From Candidatus Coprovivens sp. (GTDB taxonomy: Bacteria > Bacillota_I > Bacilli_A > RF39 > UBA660): 61,477 nucleotides of DNA. Numbering within the stretch: the stretch's first letter is position 1; the number at the start of each line of letters is the position of its first letter. A model generated the notes under the pieces. The model saw nothing but the letters and a program-made list of their open reading frames with translations. It was not told the DNA's origin and did not search any database. The position numbers were made by a program, and so were the translations under genes. The stretch lies in NCBI GenBank assembly GCA_045654965.1, contig JAZOOK010000082.1, forward strand, positions 1 to 61,477, given 5' to 3'. Shown in pieces: positions 39,201 through 50,600 of the stretch.

Positions 39201-41578
39201 CTTATAGACCTAATACAAAAGAAATAATTCTTGGGCATCGTTGGATAGATATGTTTAACGAAGAAGGAGAATTTAGTGGAGCAGAACCTGGAGTTTATAG
39301 AAAACAAGCTATTCGTAAACTGATTCACGAACAATTACATCATAAACTAGCTGAAAAAAATAAGGCATCTTATCTTGCTAAAATGGAAGCTATATATGAT
39401 GAATTTGTAAAATCTTTAGAAACTCAAGATGATGCTATTAAACAATCTATAAGTAAATATATTTTTAGTAAATATGTTGAAAACGGTAGAAAAGATATTG
39501 CAATAGAAGAATTTTTTGTTGAAAGTTTAACTAGTGAAGAACTTGTAAATTATCTTAATAGTGTTGAAGCTACATTTGAAAAGAAAAAACTTAGTAATAA
39601 TCTTTGGCAAAAGATTCTTAAACTACTTAGTGATATATTTGGTTGGGAAGTAAAAACTGGTTCTCTTCGTGAAAAACAATTATATGCTTTACAAGGTAGT
39701 TTAAGTAATATTAGAAAAGCCTTAAATACTAAAGCTGAAACATCAACTGATTCTAAAGTTCAATTAACTTTATTTGATGATGAATTTGAAAAAACAAATG
39801 ATTTATTAAACAATATAGATAAAGAAGTTTCTGAAAAAGATGGAATTAAAACAACTAAATTAAAAGGAATAAAAGTATCTACAAAAAGCGGTAGACAACA
39901 ATATAATCCTGTAGTTATACCTTTTGATACTATTGATATTGCTTCTTTATCAGAAACATATATAGAATCTCAAGAAGATATAGATAAAATTATATTAAAT
40001 GAAGTAAAAGAATCATATAATAAAATTACAGGAGAAATAACTATTGTTGAAAAAGACGGTACTAGCATTCCTCAAACTGTTATATTTAAACGTAACCCTT
40101 TAAATGAAATTTCTTTATATAAGAATACAGAAACTAATAATACTAATGTAGAAATTATTGAAGAAACTTCAAATGTTCAATCAGCAGAAATTAATGATTC
40201 TATTATAGATATAGATATAGATAATTTTTTAAATGATACGTTTAATGATATTAACTCTGATGCAATTAGAGGTAGTGAAATTACAGAATCTTCAAATTCT
40301 TATACTCCAGAAATGCAAGAAATAAAAGCTAAAGCTATAGCTAATGGAACTTTTATGAAAGCTCCTAATGGTAATCCTACTAATCTTAATGAAAGACAAT
40401 GGTTAATTGTTAGAACTAAACCTTTTATCGATTGGTTTGGTAATTGGGAAACTATTGCTAAATTAAAATCTATTGAAAATGATTATGAAATAAAAGAAAA
40501 TAATGAAACTCCACCTCATGATGATTCTAAAGGGTATGATATATTCTATAAAGGAGAAAAAATAGGTACAGTAGCATTATCTAATTTTAATAATAATCTA
40601 ACTATAAGAGGTATAAATTTAGATATTAAATTTAAAGGAAAAGGTATTGGAAAAAATTTTTATAAATGGTTAGCTTATACAGCTTATAAAGATAATGGAA
40701 CGTTATACAGCGATAACGTATATGATTCTACTATTAGTACTGATGCTCAAAATGTTTGGAATTCTTTAATAAAAGAAGGAATAGCGACAATTGATGAATA
40801 TTCTGGAGGTTATCATACCAGTCTTCCTGAAACTAGTAAAGTACTTGATGAAAATGGCGAACCTTTAGTTGTTTATCATGGTGGTAGAAAGCCAACTATT
40901 TTTGATACTTCTGGTAAACAAAGTGGAGGTGCTGGTATTAAAAAAGGTATAAAAGGTTCTTATTTTATTACTACAAAAGAACAAGCATGGTATTATGCAA
41001 ATATAGCAGAATATAAACAAGGAGATGCTTTATTTGAATTGTCTCAAGAACTTCAACTTGAAGTAGAAAATGGTGAAATAACTGAAGAACAAGCAAATAC
41101 TATTTTGAATAAAAATCAAATAGGTGTTACTTCATATTTTCTTAATATTAGAAATCCTAAAATCAATGAATATAAATACAATGTTGTGGATTCAAAAATT
41201 GATAAAGATGGACATATATTTAGAAAAGAAAGTCGAGAAGTAGAAGAATTAAGTTCTATAACTCCTATAGATTTTGATGGTCAAAATATAAGAATATATC
41301 ATCCTGAATATAAGTCATTTGCATATACAATAAATGATTACAAAACATATAAGCAAAAAGATGAAATAGAATGGGTTGCAACTAATCCTAATCAAATTAA
41401 ATCTGCTACTTCTAATACAGAATTTGGTGCTACTGATAATATTTATCATAGTAGTGTAACTGAAGCTCCAACTAAACATCCGTCTATTTATGATTTTGTG
41501 CAAACATTACCGACCGATATTCAAGCCAAATTCCTAAATTCGGTAAACTCTGGTGAAGTTTCGATAGCTTGTAAATAG
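33233..41578 (+). CDS. giant polyvalent cargo protein (2781 aa) with HExxH, GNAT-like and ART-like modules
   Basis: Uninterrupted 8.3-kb ORF. The recognisable modules are listed as separate features below. It lies directly upstream of the RNAP-like giant gene. Confidence 0.7.
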   Translation: MTTNDISKQGNTKTPINLNTISQLYNRRKNPYDELATRALVEGWTIDAKEAAKYNKAGLNYNPNILPKLDKALAESQGAGEKLWNSLKQTLYSEIALGTVKGFADLFDVITGEVFKPNNDYSNPVSRYLEEAQENFRLNNPIHVDPNINISNGGLVDVGWWASNFPSVASSLTLLIPSTGVTKGLSLLGKGLKTGKAVSYTRKALTGATKVRNIEQANRLNKFAKWANKESTIIGANRLFESGLTATAMRTLENYQESRQVYNDMYKEASNSLYNMTNEEYQDFLERNKDELATYNIDLNDRESVARAIANHAANKTFMIDYSNILFDVAQVYALGNPLKLTKNLRQTAKIRKAERLARRNRGKTAEEIAKLDAAETFGKKIKNWTSDHIADGRILAANATEGIEEGVNYIAQQEGMNYGRVMLDPKMNPETAFSSRLQSYLSSPELYDAAFWGVMGGVVFQGLGSQFNRLSNAIQGKWKESKAKKKGEKTKEDVATNWREKFELPENKRRIAEINARIADEDKLYERLSQIEEGKDPFNRDATDPSKQANITSDIEKQVARDRAIDEYIVNTTFRALETGNYDMLKSYLQDENVRKVLAKKGVIDTSSITSVDKLINRMEEVEQIYNDNLIAIDGISQSFENVPFEYIQIIARDNALAQIQQQRLNEQLGAYEESAENNARRFGANLTQGIDYKSAVELVVAARRLGTLRASKKAIEEDKEYAKSLDGQNRLKDIDNEIKLINENLINESWSSNSEYNSFSNRFARLIWANAISTKAYYDERNQYKHDDAASEYLDYLDALSRRDFNYIQSVANVNFDITDEEIVELFGDEISSTGMYDKLSQDLNTAFDIETGLDKKAAPLNEDYQNIAALKLAKLTQQARIANTDESILTKINELHNYMNEARRKAIEESESIIFDIGKKYGRVGVIGYIFNNESMPNITSEDKTKLDSALEVLNLTTDSNRILGENLKHALILGELYGEAQTQEEKELNSALENSISADNSEQTTNNPQETQSSNTGQISSPQGQTSSQSPTISTQSQKVDISTNIDGTIYFDTNVGENEVAYDYIEQDNGDIVLSFPKEVVFPSNWLKNQALYENYNESYDSAKDTIEYPILHKDENGNITVKQKGRIIYNNTNNPSTGEQVKPDTSNSQPTPILAPKSTPVQESTKEREDVPPVSNLDEIILQIEDNIQNEAKAIFATRDESKNVEEVIQEIENTLKENHKNDDNQKYVQNAINRSIRILKARALRKGLIKAAAEVLHSDVTEMPNGKYDFSEEYKKHVVEMIEQYCRESGLRKINGKYYINLEDVLRRINNLFNEDMAKLMFGTINAYLNISESKEHFVVMDNTTNPQEFLDNVRKTEEQRLKERIGNREDKNHRVSIDHLFENPSESFLKTFDSINKGDKLSIKLEAGEVKLLKNGVIVGTLPKPLINSKTGAFYKYNNGWRTEVWKEGDKVVSNLSSIFETILTEDSEVCNFINDAITELNYGNPNKKRKEELIEAIYEKLNTAFGIIDNNIVSENKSKEEVISYLAKLWKYINGAQYSKDERNAWISDSLETWFEKVYDSYSSINNLIDELSNNPTSIEVIVENITSGELIRIVDDETRGVGDNYNNFTQVNEALANPNEAILGIVDPSTSNELITTNGKTIVHNQLGQSGTPHVVIPNKNGIDNYVIGTAVRFNDKNLTGDVNIIIDSIKKELIYRIEKHIVNNNGNYQELYDFLHDLLDSSAKGNNTGLLYGVAFTKQAKDSLGFLISVASKNRDGASLNVKNVVGKKLFSYKRTGSTEFIQGDLNKLEDQVIFKELLLEILNQTKFNISKNYILPGYKPNGFAIKDDTGKFYISIPNSAEPSNPTNFTYDNFQDFVFKAGIIRVNTKIENNSNYKRKGLNQAANQILEVSLNRTTTSPVEERSTTNTSSNSEVESILKDNSVKDKATTIIETLAEKEMPKETLTKLNSLHLLPENIIFDENFNTRNDKGYWVGNNAAYRPNTKEIILGHRWIDMFNEEGEFSGAEPGVYRKQAIRKLIHEQLHHKLAEKNKASYLAKMEAIYDEFVKSLETQDDAIKQSISKYIFSKYVENGRKDIAIEEFFVESLTSEELVNYLNSVEATFEKKKLSNNLWQKILKLLSDIFGWEVKTGSLREKQLYALQGSLSNIRKALNTKAETSTDSKVQLTLFDDEFEKTNDLLNNIDKEVSEKDGIKTTKLKGIKVSTKSGRQQYNPVVIPFDTIDIASLSETYIESQEDIDKIILNEVKESYNKITGEITIVEKDGTSIPQTVIFKRNPLNEISLYKNTETNNTNVEIIEETSNVQSAEINDSIIDIDIDNFLNDTFNDINSDAIRGSEITESSNSYTPEMQEIKAKAIANGTFMKAPNGNPTNLNERQWLIVRTKPFIDWFGNWETIAKLKSIENDYEIKENNETPPHDDSKGYDIFYKGEKIGTVALSNFNNNLTIRGINLDIKFKGKGIGKNFYKWLAYTAYKDNGTLYSDNVYDSTISTDAQNVWNSLIKEGIATIDEYSGGYHTSLPETSKVLDENGEPLVVYHGGRKPTIFDTSGKQSGGAGIKKGIKGSYFITTKEQAWYYANIAEYKQGDALFELSQELQLEVENGEITEEQANTILNKNQIGVTSYFLNIRNPKINEYKYNVVDSKIDKDGHIFRKESREVEELSSITPIDFDGQNIRIYHPEYKSFAYTINDYKTYKQKDEIEWVATNPNQIKSATSNTEFGATDNIYHSSVTEAPTKHPSIYDFVQTLPTDIQAKFLNSVNSGEVSIACK
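36230..36365 (+). other. Q/S/T-rich low-complexity linker inside the 2781-aa protein
   Basis: The translation is ...SADNSEQTTNNPQETQSSNTGQISSPQGQTSSQSPTISTQSQK..., and the DNA is locally richer in C/A than its flanks. Confidence 0.7.
36652..36668 (+). repeat. GC-rich motif copy 7 (CCCTTCTACGGGGGAGC)
   Basis: It lies inside the 2781-aa gene and is read as NPSTGE. The upstream flank is CCAACAA. Confidence 0.95.
38958..38974 (-). repeat. GC-rich motif copy 8, reverse orientation (TTCTTCTACGGGGGAGG on the minus strand)
   Basis: It lies inside the 2781-aa gene and is read antisense to the motif, as TSPVEE. Confidence 0.9.
39326..39340 (+). other. HExxH zinc-metallopeptidase signature (HEQLH, aa 2032-2036)
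   Basis: The codons cac gaa caa tta cat are in frame, in the context RKLIHEQLHHKLAEK. Confidence 0.6.
40532..40800 (+). other. GNAT-like acetyltransferase module
   Basis: 'IGTVALSNF..LTIRGINLDIKFKGKGIGKNFYKWLAYTAYKDNG' fits GNAT motif A (beta4, then R/Q/K-x-x-G-x-G/A, then alpha3). Confidence 0.5.
40841..41452 (+). other. ART-like (H-Y-E type) module of the kind found in phage/ICE polyvalent proteins
   Basis: The elements are 'VLDENGEPLVVYHGG..IFD', 'GSYFITTKEQAWYYA', 'SYFLNIRNP' and 'EIEWVATNPNQIKSATSNTEFG..NIYHS'. They match my recollection of the recurrent ...DENGEPLVVYHGT...GxYF(T/S)...QIKSA... module. Confidence 0.5.
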
Positions 41579-41649
41579 TAAGTACACCTTACAAATAAAC
41601 ATGGCTAAAATCAATAAAAATAATTTTATAAAACTAAACATATTATATT

Positions 41650-44600
41650 ATGAGTAAAAATTGTATTTTAACTGTTAATGACAGTGAAGTTTTTAAGGCT
41701 CTTAAAAAAAGATTTGGTACTAATGAAACAGAAGCCTTTGCAAAATGGGTTGCTGTAGTTGAGAATGGAGAATTTACTCCTGCTTTTCAAGAATGGCAAA
41801 AAGCAAAACGTAAAACAGAAGAAATTGTTACATTAGATACTGCTAATACAAGAACTATTGTAAATGATATAATAGCTTATTATAACACTTTATATCCTGA
41901 TGGTAATACTACTATATTACATAAAAAAAATAATAAAAGTGTTAAATATAATAGTACAGCAGATAGAAGTTTTTGTCAAAAAATAGTAGCTGTTGAAATA
42001 CTTGATATATTTAGAAATGAGCATTACACAAAAAATAATGCTAAATCTTTTACAAAACAAGATTATATAAATGAAGTTAGAAGTCGTTTTTTTAAGCGAC
42101 TTCTAAACCGTTTTAATATAACTAATGCAGACATAAAACCTTATATTTCAAAAAATGTTAATAGATTTACTAATCTTGTTAAATTTTATATAGAACAAGG
42201 TGTAGATAAACAATCTGCTATGAACTTAGCTATGTCTGTTGAAGCAGTTAATTTTGTTAGAGAAAAATTAGGTAAAAATATAAATATACAAGATACCAAT
42301 TTTTTAGCTGTAATAGAAGAAATGCACGATTTTAATATTAATGAAAATGGTGTTAAAATTGCAAATGCTTTTTTTGAAGAAATATTTTATAATAAAAAAC
42401 TTGAAGAAATTCGTAGAGAAAATAAAGATGAATTTAATACAGCTGAAGAAGATAAAGCTCAAGAAAATGAAAATGTTAATTTAGGAGAATCTACTACAGA
42501 AAGTGACGATATTACAAATGACGAATTTGATATGTCGTTTAGAGTATTCGATAGCCATGACGGACAATATGCCACTTTTACAACTCATATAGGAGGTAAT
42601 ATTAGAAGTTATTTAAATTGTTTAAGAAAACTTAAAGGAACAGGTCTTGTAAATGGACAGCGTTATTATGATACCGATAACGCTATTGGTATAGCTGAAG
42701 CTATGGATGCTACGACTTGTGCTAAAGTTTTATATACTCAAGCTGATTTTACAAACGTTTCTTCTATGATTACTTCTATTAGAAGAATTGCAGAAACTGT
42801 TTCAGGATTTGAAGGATTTATTCAATTTGCAGAAGATTTAGAAAATAATTATGATTTTGCATATGAAGTTTATACAACTTTTGGTAAAATGGTTATTTCT
42901 AAAACAGAAACTTATATAGAAAATGGAGAACGAAAAGTAAGAATAAGTAATACTACAGCAGATCCTGTAAGTGCTTTAAGATTTGAATATATAAATCAAT
43001 TTAGAACTTCTGTAACAAATGATATTCATGATTTTGTTGCTAATGAAGTTAATCAGCTAACTACAGAATTGAAGAAAATAAAAGATGCTGTAGCTAAAGG
43101 AAAAATATATGATGCTAAAACTAAAAAATTAAAGAATTATAATAGAGAAACTAATTATAAAGAAGATAAAGCTAAATTAGTAGCAAGTCTTGTAAAAAGT
43201 TTTAAAAGATATTTGCCAAGTATAGAACAATCTGCTATTTTATCATATATAAACAATACTAAAATAAATGGTACAATAGACGAACTAGATAATATAAATG
43301 TTTTAATTAATCATTTGAGTAATTTAGTACAAGGAGCTAAATCTAGTTATGCAGTATATTCTAGCAGACTTATAGAAGCATCTTCTATTAATAGAGAAAA
43401 TAACCTTTTACGACAAAGACAAATAGAGGGAGAATTTATTTCAGCTTCTAAATTTAAAGACCCTAATAGCGTATGGTCAGAATCTTATATTACAAATAAT
43501 GCTACTTCTGCTGTTATACAATTGGCTAATATTTTAGTTCCTTATAGTGTAATAAAAACAGAATTAAATAGTAGAAACGCTAAAGGTAATCTATCTTCTG
43601 ATGTCATAAATAGTAATATGATAACTAATTTTATGACAATGTTAGAACATAGATTAAATTATACAAATGAAGAAAATACTCCTCTTAAAAATTATGGAGC
43701 TTATAAATTTAGAAGTAAACAATATGATTTGTCTAATATTCTAGTAGAAAAAGAAAAAAATGGAGTTATAATTAATTATGGCTTATTTAAATTAGAAAAC
43801 GGTAAATATATTCCTACTAATTATGCTACCGATTTAATTAAAATGACTCTGTTTAATGGAATTTCTGATTTTGGAAATGGTAAATCAGCAGTATATTCAG
43901 AAATGTCTAAAGGAGATTATGTTACCACTGCAATGATTAACTTTTGGAAATCTAATCATATAAGTAATAATAGCAATATAGAATTTGCTGATTATTTTAT
44001 GCGTATTCCATCAGATGCTCCAAAAAACTTTGTAATGTCTGCTCCAAAATATAGTTTAACTTATAAACATGGGGGTAAGATTATTAATTTTTGGAAAATA
44101 GATAATGAAAGTCAAATGAATTCTAGAATTAGAGATTTGATAAATAATATTCCTCATAATACCGATTATGAAGAAAGTCTTCTAGATTCTCAAAATATTT
44201 CTATTAAACAAGCTACTAGAATACTTACTGGAAGAACTTTAGATAATATAAATATTTCAAATAAAAAAGCTCTTTATAAAAATTCTAATTCTTTAATTGG
44301 TTACCTTAATGTTGCAGTAGATGGAGTTAATTTTATAATAAAAGGTACGTTAAATGATAATAAAACAGCTTTAACTAATGTTACATTACATGGTGTTATC
44401 GATAATTTTGGAAACGCCGTAGCTTATGGTTCAGAATTACATGCTGGACTTACTGATTATTATAAAAGACAGCTAATTTCAGGTAAAATTAAATTATCTG
44501 ATGGTAGTACAGTTAAAAGAAGTATTAATAAAGAACATCCTATTTTTCAACAATTTTATGCTGTATTTAAACAAGAAATGCAAAATGCAGCTACAGCAAT

Positions 44601-47600
44601 AGATAAATTATTCGACCATAATCAAGGTATAATAAAACGTGATGAAAAAGGTAATGTAATTTATAGCGAACAATTATCTCAATTAGATAATCCAGATAGA
44701 GCTACTTATACTAACTATCACCATAAAAATTCTGTTTATTATGATAAAAACGGTGTAAAACATGAAGAAAAAGGTATAATTCAAAATGTATGGAAACCTG
44801 TTTATGATGAAAACGGAAAAGTAAAATATCACGAAAAAACTAATTGGACACGATTAAGTGGTAATGTTTTTACTAGTGATAGATTTACTTTATTTGATAA
44901 AGAAAATAATGTTAAACATAATTTTCTTAATGATATTTTAAGTGAAGAAAGAGCTGAAACAGAAGATGGTATGATACATATCCTCTACGGGGGAGCTAAT
45001 ACCCACTTACATATAAATTCAAATGGTGAAATAGAATTTACTGAAGCTCAACAAAAACTTATTGAAAGTAAAATAGAAGAATTCATAAAAGCTTATATTG
45101 AAGATACTATTGAAAGAGTAAATCCTTATAAAGTATTTCTTGAAGGAGTTCCTCATAATGAAAATGATATTGCAGAATTTATATTAAACTATAGATTAGC
45201 TTATATAAATTGTAATGATCTTTTTGAAGGAGATACTAAATTTTATAAAAGTACACAAGATTTTCTTAAAAGAGCTAAAGAAGTTCAAGGTTCTGGAGTT
45301 CCTTATGGCATTGTTGATTTTACAAAACCTATGTTTGGACAAGTTCACCAACCTGTAGAACATTCTTATCTTAATAGTGCAGAAATGCAAGCTATTGTAG
45401 GTAAACTTAATAATTGTAAACAATTTACTACATTTAGAGGAGCTACTGTTATAAATACTGTTAGAACTTCAAAAGAAAGTCAAGAAATATTGGTAAAACA
45501 GCTTACTGATAACTTTAAAAAAGAAAGTATAACTGAAGAAGAAGCAGAGAATAAAGCTAAAGCTATTATGAAAGGTTATAGAAATACTAAAGTAAACGAT
45601 GCTCAATCTTATATAACCTTTGAAGAATGGATTAGACGTATATCTGCAAGAGGTCAATTACATAAGTATAAACCTTTGATTGAAGCTATACTTGACGAAA
45701 CTAAACCTTTAAATGTAGAAGATATTAATGAGTTTATACAAGTTCAAAAAAACTTTTATTATGACCAAGTATATGATACAAGAACTGGAGTTATGGCTCC
45801 TCGTCAAATTAAAAATGCAGAATTTGTACTTGTTCCTCGTTTGATAAAAGGGACCGAACTTGAAACTATTTATAATACTATGATTCGTCATGGTATCGAT
45901 CAATTGAATACAGAAGAAACATCTAAAGCAGGTAAAACAAATGTTTTAACTTTATGGGATAAGGATGGAAATCTTAAAAAAGAATGGCTTGATGATTTTA
46001 ATATTAACATTCAAGGAGCTATAGAAACTTACGATTATAATTATCTATATACTCAACAAGAAACTCCTCAACATATTAATTCTGAAAATAAAGCAGGGGT
46101 TCAAATAATGAAAAAAATCTTAGATAATATAGATGAAAATAATGAACTTTATGCTGCTAAACAAAAAATTATTGAAAACTATTCTTATAATATTTATGAA
46201 AGTTCTCAAAAATTGATGGAAGAATTAAACATATCTTTCGATGATAACGGTAATATAAAAACTGATGAATATGGAAAGATAAATGGGTTAAACTATGATG
46301 TATTCTTATCTAAACTAAAAGATGAAATGGCACGATTAGGATTAGATAGTAATATGTTTGATTTTGTTACTAGAATAGATAGTTCTATTGAAACTGCTTC
46401 TGGTCAAAATGGCATAGGACTTCAAACAAAAATGCCTCCATTTTTAAATTCTAATCGTAAAAAACTAGAAAGTATTAGTAATGCTATTTTTAATAATACG
46501 ATTACTAGACAAAAACTTCCAGGATTTCATGCTGCTCAAGTTACTCAAATAGGTTTTAAACCTTTAAATGAAACTGTAGAAAAACATTCTTACAGTAGAG
46601 AACTTAAATATCATCCAAATGGAGAAAAACATATTGAAGTTATGTTACCTGCTAGTGCTTTTGGACTTGATAGAAATGCTTCAATGTTTAATGAATTGAG
46701 AGACTTATATAGAAGTCAAGGACTTACAATAGATGAAATAGAATCTAAAATAGATAACGCTATGTTAGATTATATAAAAACTAAAGGTCTTGACACTTTT
46801 ATAGGTTATCGTATTCCTACTGAAAGTAAAGCATCAATATGTGTTATGAAAGTTGTAGGATTTGTTTCTGAAGCATATGGATCTACTATTATAGTTCCTG
46901 ATGATTGGGTTGCTCAAACAGGTTCTGACTTTGACATTGATTCAATTTATGGCATTACTTATTCTATTAATAAATTAAAAAATGGAGGAATAGAAAAAAC
47001 TCCATATACAGGAGATTTAGCTAAAGATGGAAAAAAAGGTAGAAATAATGCTATCCTTGATGCAATGATTGAAATTCTTCAACATGATAATTCTTTAGAA
47101 GAAAATTTATCACAATCTCAATTCAAAGATATTATTGATGCTAGAGAAGAAATAGTTCCTAAAAATGTAGCTCTTGCTCGTGATAGTCGTTCTACTTATG
47201 ATTTTCTAGATCAAGCTGATTATTTTGAAGATGCTATTAGTGGTGCTAAACTTAAAGCATTTAGTGTAACTTTGGATAATCAATGTTCTTTATGTAACAC
47301 AGTAAAACCTGTATTTAGTAAACCTATATCTATAATTTATGAAGGAGATGATGCTAAATTTAAAGAATTACAAAAAAGATTTAATATAAATGATAAAGAA
47401 AATGTAATAAAATTATCAAATAATAAAATTTTAGTACATCATACTACATTAGGTTATAGTACAGATAATAAAAATGTAGAAGGCAAAATTATTACTGGAT
47501 ATTCTGCTCAAACTACAGCTCACCATCTAGATGCTATTAAAGAAGGTTCTATACCTAATGTTAACGATACTACTTTTGCTGTTTATAAACTATTTCCTAA

Positions 47601-50600
47601 TATTGGTTCTAATTATGAAACTGCTATTGCTTTTATGATGCAACCTGGCATTACAGCTATAGTAAATAATAATAATAAAAATAAATCAATATATGCTAAA
47701 GGATATAAAAATCCAATTAATGAAGCTATATTAGATATAGCAAAAGCGTTGAAACTAGCTGATAATAATACTACTTATAAAAAAGCAGAAGCTATTTTAG
47801 AAAAAGAACTTATAAAATATGGATTGAAAGATCATAATGTTTTAAATAGTGAAATTCTTAAACAAAGATTAAATGTAAATGAAACTGAAAATAGTCTTTC
47901 TGTAAAAGATTTATTGTTTGATTATTTAGTGATTAAACAATATAAAGAATTATCTAATATTGCTACTAAATTAGGAAATATAGCTAGAGTTACAAATCCT
48001 GATAAATTTGGAGCTAAACAAACTATATTTGCTACAAATAAAGTATTTGAAGATATTAAAGAAATTTTATTAGATTCAAATCCTGTATTTGCTTTATATG
48101 ATGGTAAAAGTTTTTTAGATAGAATTTATCCTGGAATAGAAACTATAATTTATGATAGTATAGACAATTATTTAAATAATAATGATAACAATAGTGCTTA
48201 TCCTTCTCTTCATTATTTTTTAAAATATGCTAGTGCGGCTTCTATAAAAATAAATAGAAATCTATTTATTACTCAAAGACCTTTATTTAGAACTAAAGTT
48301 AATTTAATAAAGAAAGTTATAAGTGGGGCTAATCCTAGAATATCAGAAGATACTTATAATTTATTTGAAAGTTATATTTTAAATAGTCTTTATAAAGAAG
48401 TTAAAATTATTTCTGAACCTGTAACCTATATAAAAGGAAAAGGAATAACTTCTGTTGAAGGTAATTCTCAAACAGAAATCAATCGTATTTTTGGATATGG
48501 ATATAAAGCAGATTTGCAAATTACAGATGATAGTGGTAATGAATCTTTTTTTGAACCAAAAGATATAAATAATTTAACTCAAAAAGAAATAGATTTATTT
48601 ACTAAATTTACTCCTGCTCAAAAAGTATATTGGATTAAACAACATTTTAGAGATGGGCTTATTTGTAATTATATAAAATCTAATACATTTAATAGTAATA
48701 CTTATAGAAAATCTATAGCAGGAGCTCAAACAATAGAATTCGCAGAAGATAATATAAATATAGAATCTGTTTATGATTTATTTAAAAATACTTATATGAA
48801 TACTAATCCTCTTTTAGCTTTAACTGCTATGGATATTATAAAATATGCTTTTATAGTAGAGGGTTATAGAATGAAAAAAGGTGCAGTAAATAAAATTATA
48901 GATAATGATATATTGATTAATCCTAAAGGATTAGAAGGTACAGGTATTGTAGATGCGTTAAATGATATTGTTAATATGTACGCAAATGATCCTAGTATAG
49001 AATCTACTGAAAAACTTACAGAAAATTTTGTTCGTAGTCATTCTAATATTTCAGAAATTGCTAATACTTGGATTAATAAAGAAAATAGAGCTAAATATTT
49101 TAAAAACATTAATAATGGCATTGAAACTATATTTATAAATGATGACACTGAACAATTTTTAAATTCTAATAATTTAGGTTATACAATAGAAGTAGAAAAC
49201 TTTGATGATGATGGAGCTAGTTTAGGAATTACAAAAGAATTCATAGCTAATCCGTATATAAAAATAACTTATAGTTCTAAATCTAATACTTTGTATAAAA
49301 TAATTAGAAGTAAAGTTAGTAATGTGTTATATTTGCTTCCTTTAAATCTACTACAAGAAAATGAAACAGGTATGTGGAGTGCAAATAACGATAATAATAA
49401 ATATATGCCTATAGAATGGTATGAAGATATAATTTCAACTTATGAACAAAGTCATGAAACTTGGGAAGTTAAAAGTTTATTGGGTCATATAAACGCTGAT
49501 ACTAAAACTGTTAAAGATTACAATAAACCTGAAAATAGAACTATATCTAAAAATACAGAAACTACTCCTTTTAATAGAGTTAAAGAAAAAGATTCTATAG
49601 ATACCTTACATGATATAATAAGCAATCATTTTAATGGAACTACTAGCGATATGCTTATTTTAAAAAATAGATTATTAGAAAATCATATTAAAAATAAAGG
49701 TATAGAAAATGGTCTATTAGAAACAGTAAATGGTAATATTTATTGTATTTATAAACTGAATACTTCACATTTATATAAATATACTACTGAAAAAGGTTTA
49801 AATAAAACTATTGAAGAAAAAGATAAAATTTTTGAAAAACAAATTGAAAAAGCTAGAAATTTAGGAATAGATACAGGACATAAAGGTCAAGCTCATGTAA
49901 ATAATTTATTTGCTGTAGTTCCTTATGTTCATAGAACTACTCCTTTATCTGAAGAAGAACTAGCTTCTTCTGTAACAGAAGATATAATTAAAATAGATAA
50001 AGCTATAAAAAAAGAAGCATATTATGAAGGAACTAAAGAATCTGAAAAATATGTAACTCAACAAAAAAACAAATCAGTAAAAGATAATTTAAATGATGTT
50101 GTTATAAGTACTTCAGAATATCTTAAAGTAAAAGTAGATAATATTCTTAATGGAGACCATGGTTTAAATATGTTTGCTAGAGATCCAGAAACAGGTAGTT
50201 ATTTGTCTATAACAGATCCTAAAGTTATAGAACTTATAAAAGCTGATCCAAGTCTTAGACGTAAATATATAAAAACTATTTTAATGGCTAACCATCTTAT
50301 AGATAAATTTAGTTCTTTTAATACTTTTAAATATACAGAAGATAATGCTCATTTAAAATATTATGTAGAAGAAATAAATAAAACTATTAAAAAACTTTCA
50401 GAATCTAATATATTAAAAGAAGCTGAAGAATTATATGTTACTGGTTATTTAGCAAGTATTTCTAATAATCCTGTCATAAAAGATAACATAATTTCTTTAT
50501 TAGACGGTTTTCATTCTACTAGTTATTTAACTTCTTATATTCATGATTTACAAGAAACTGCTAATCCTATAATTCAAATAATTACAAGTGATGTAATGAG

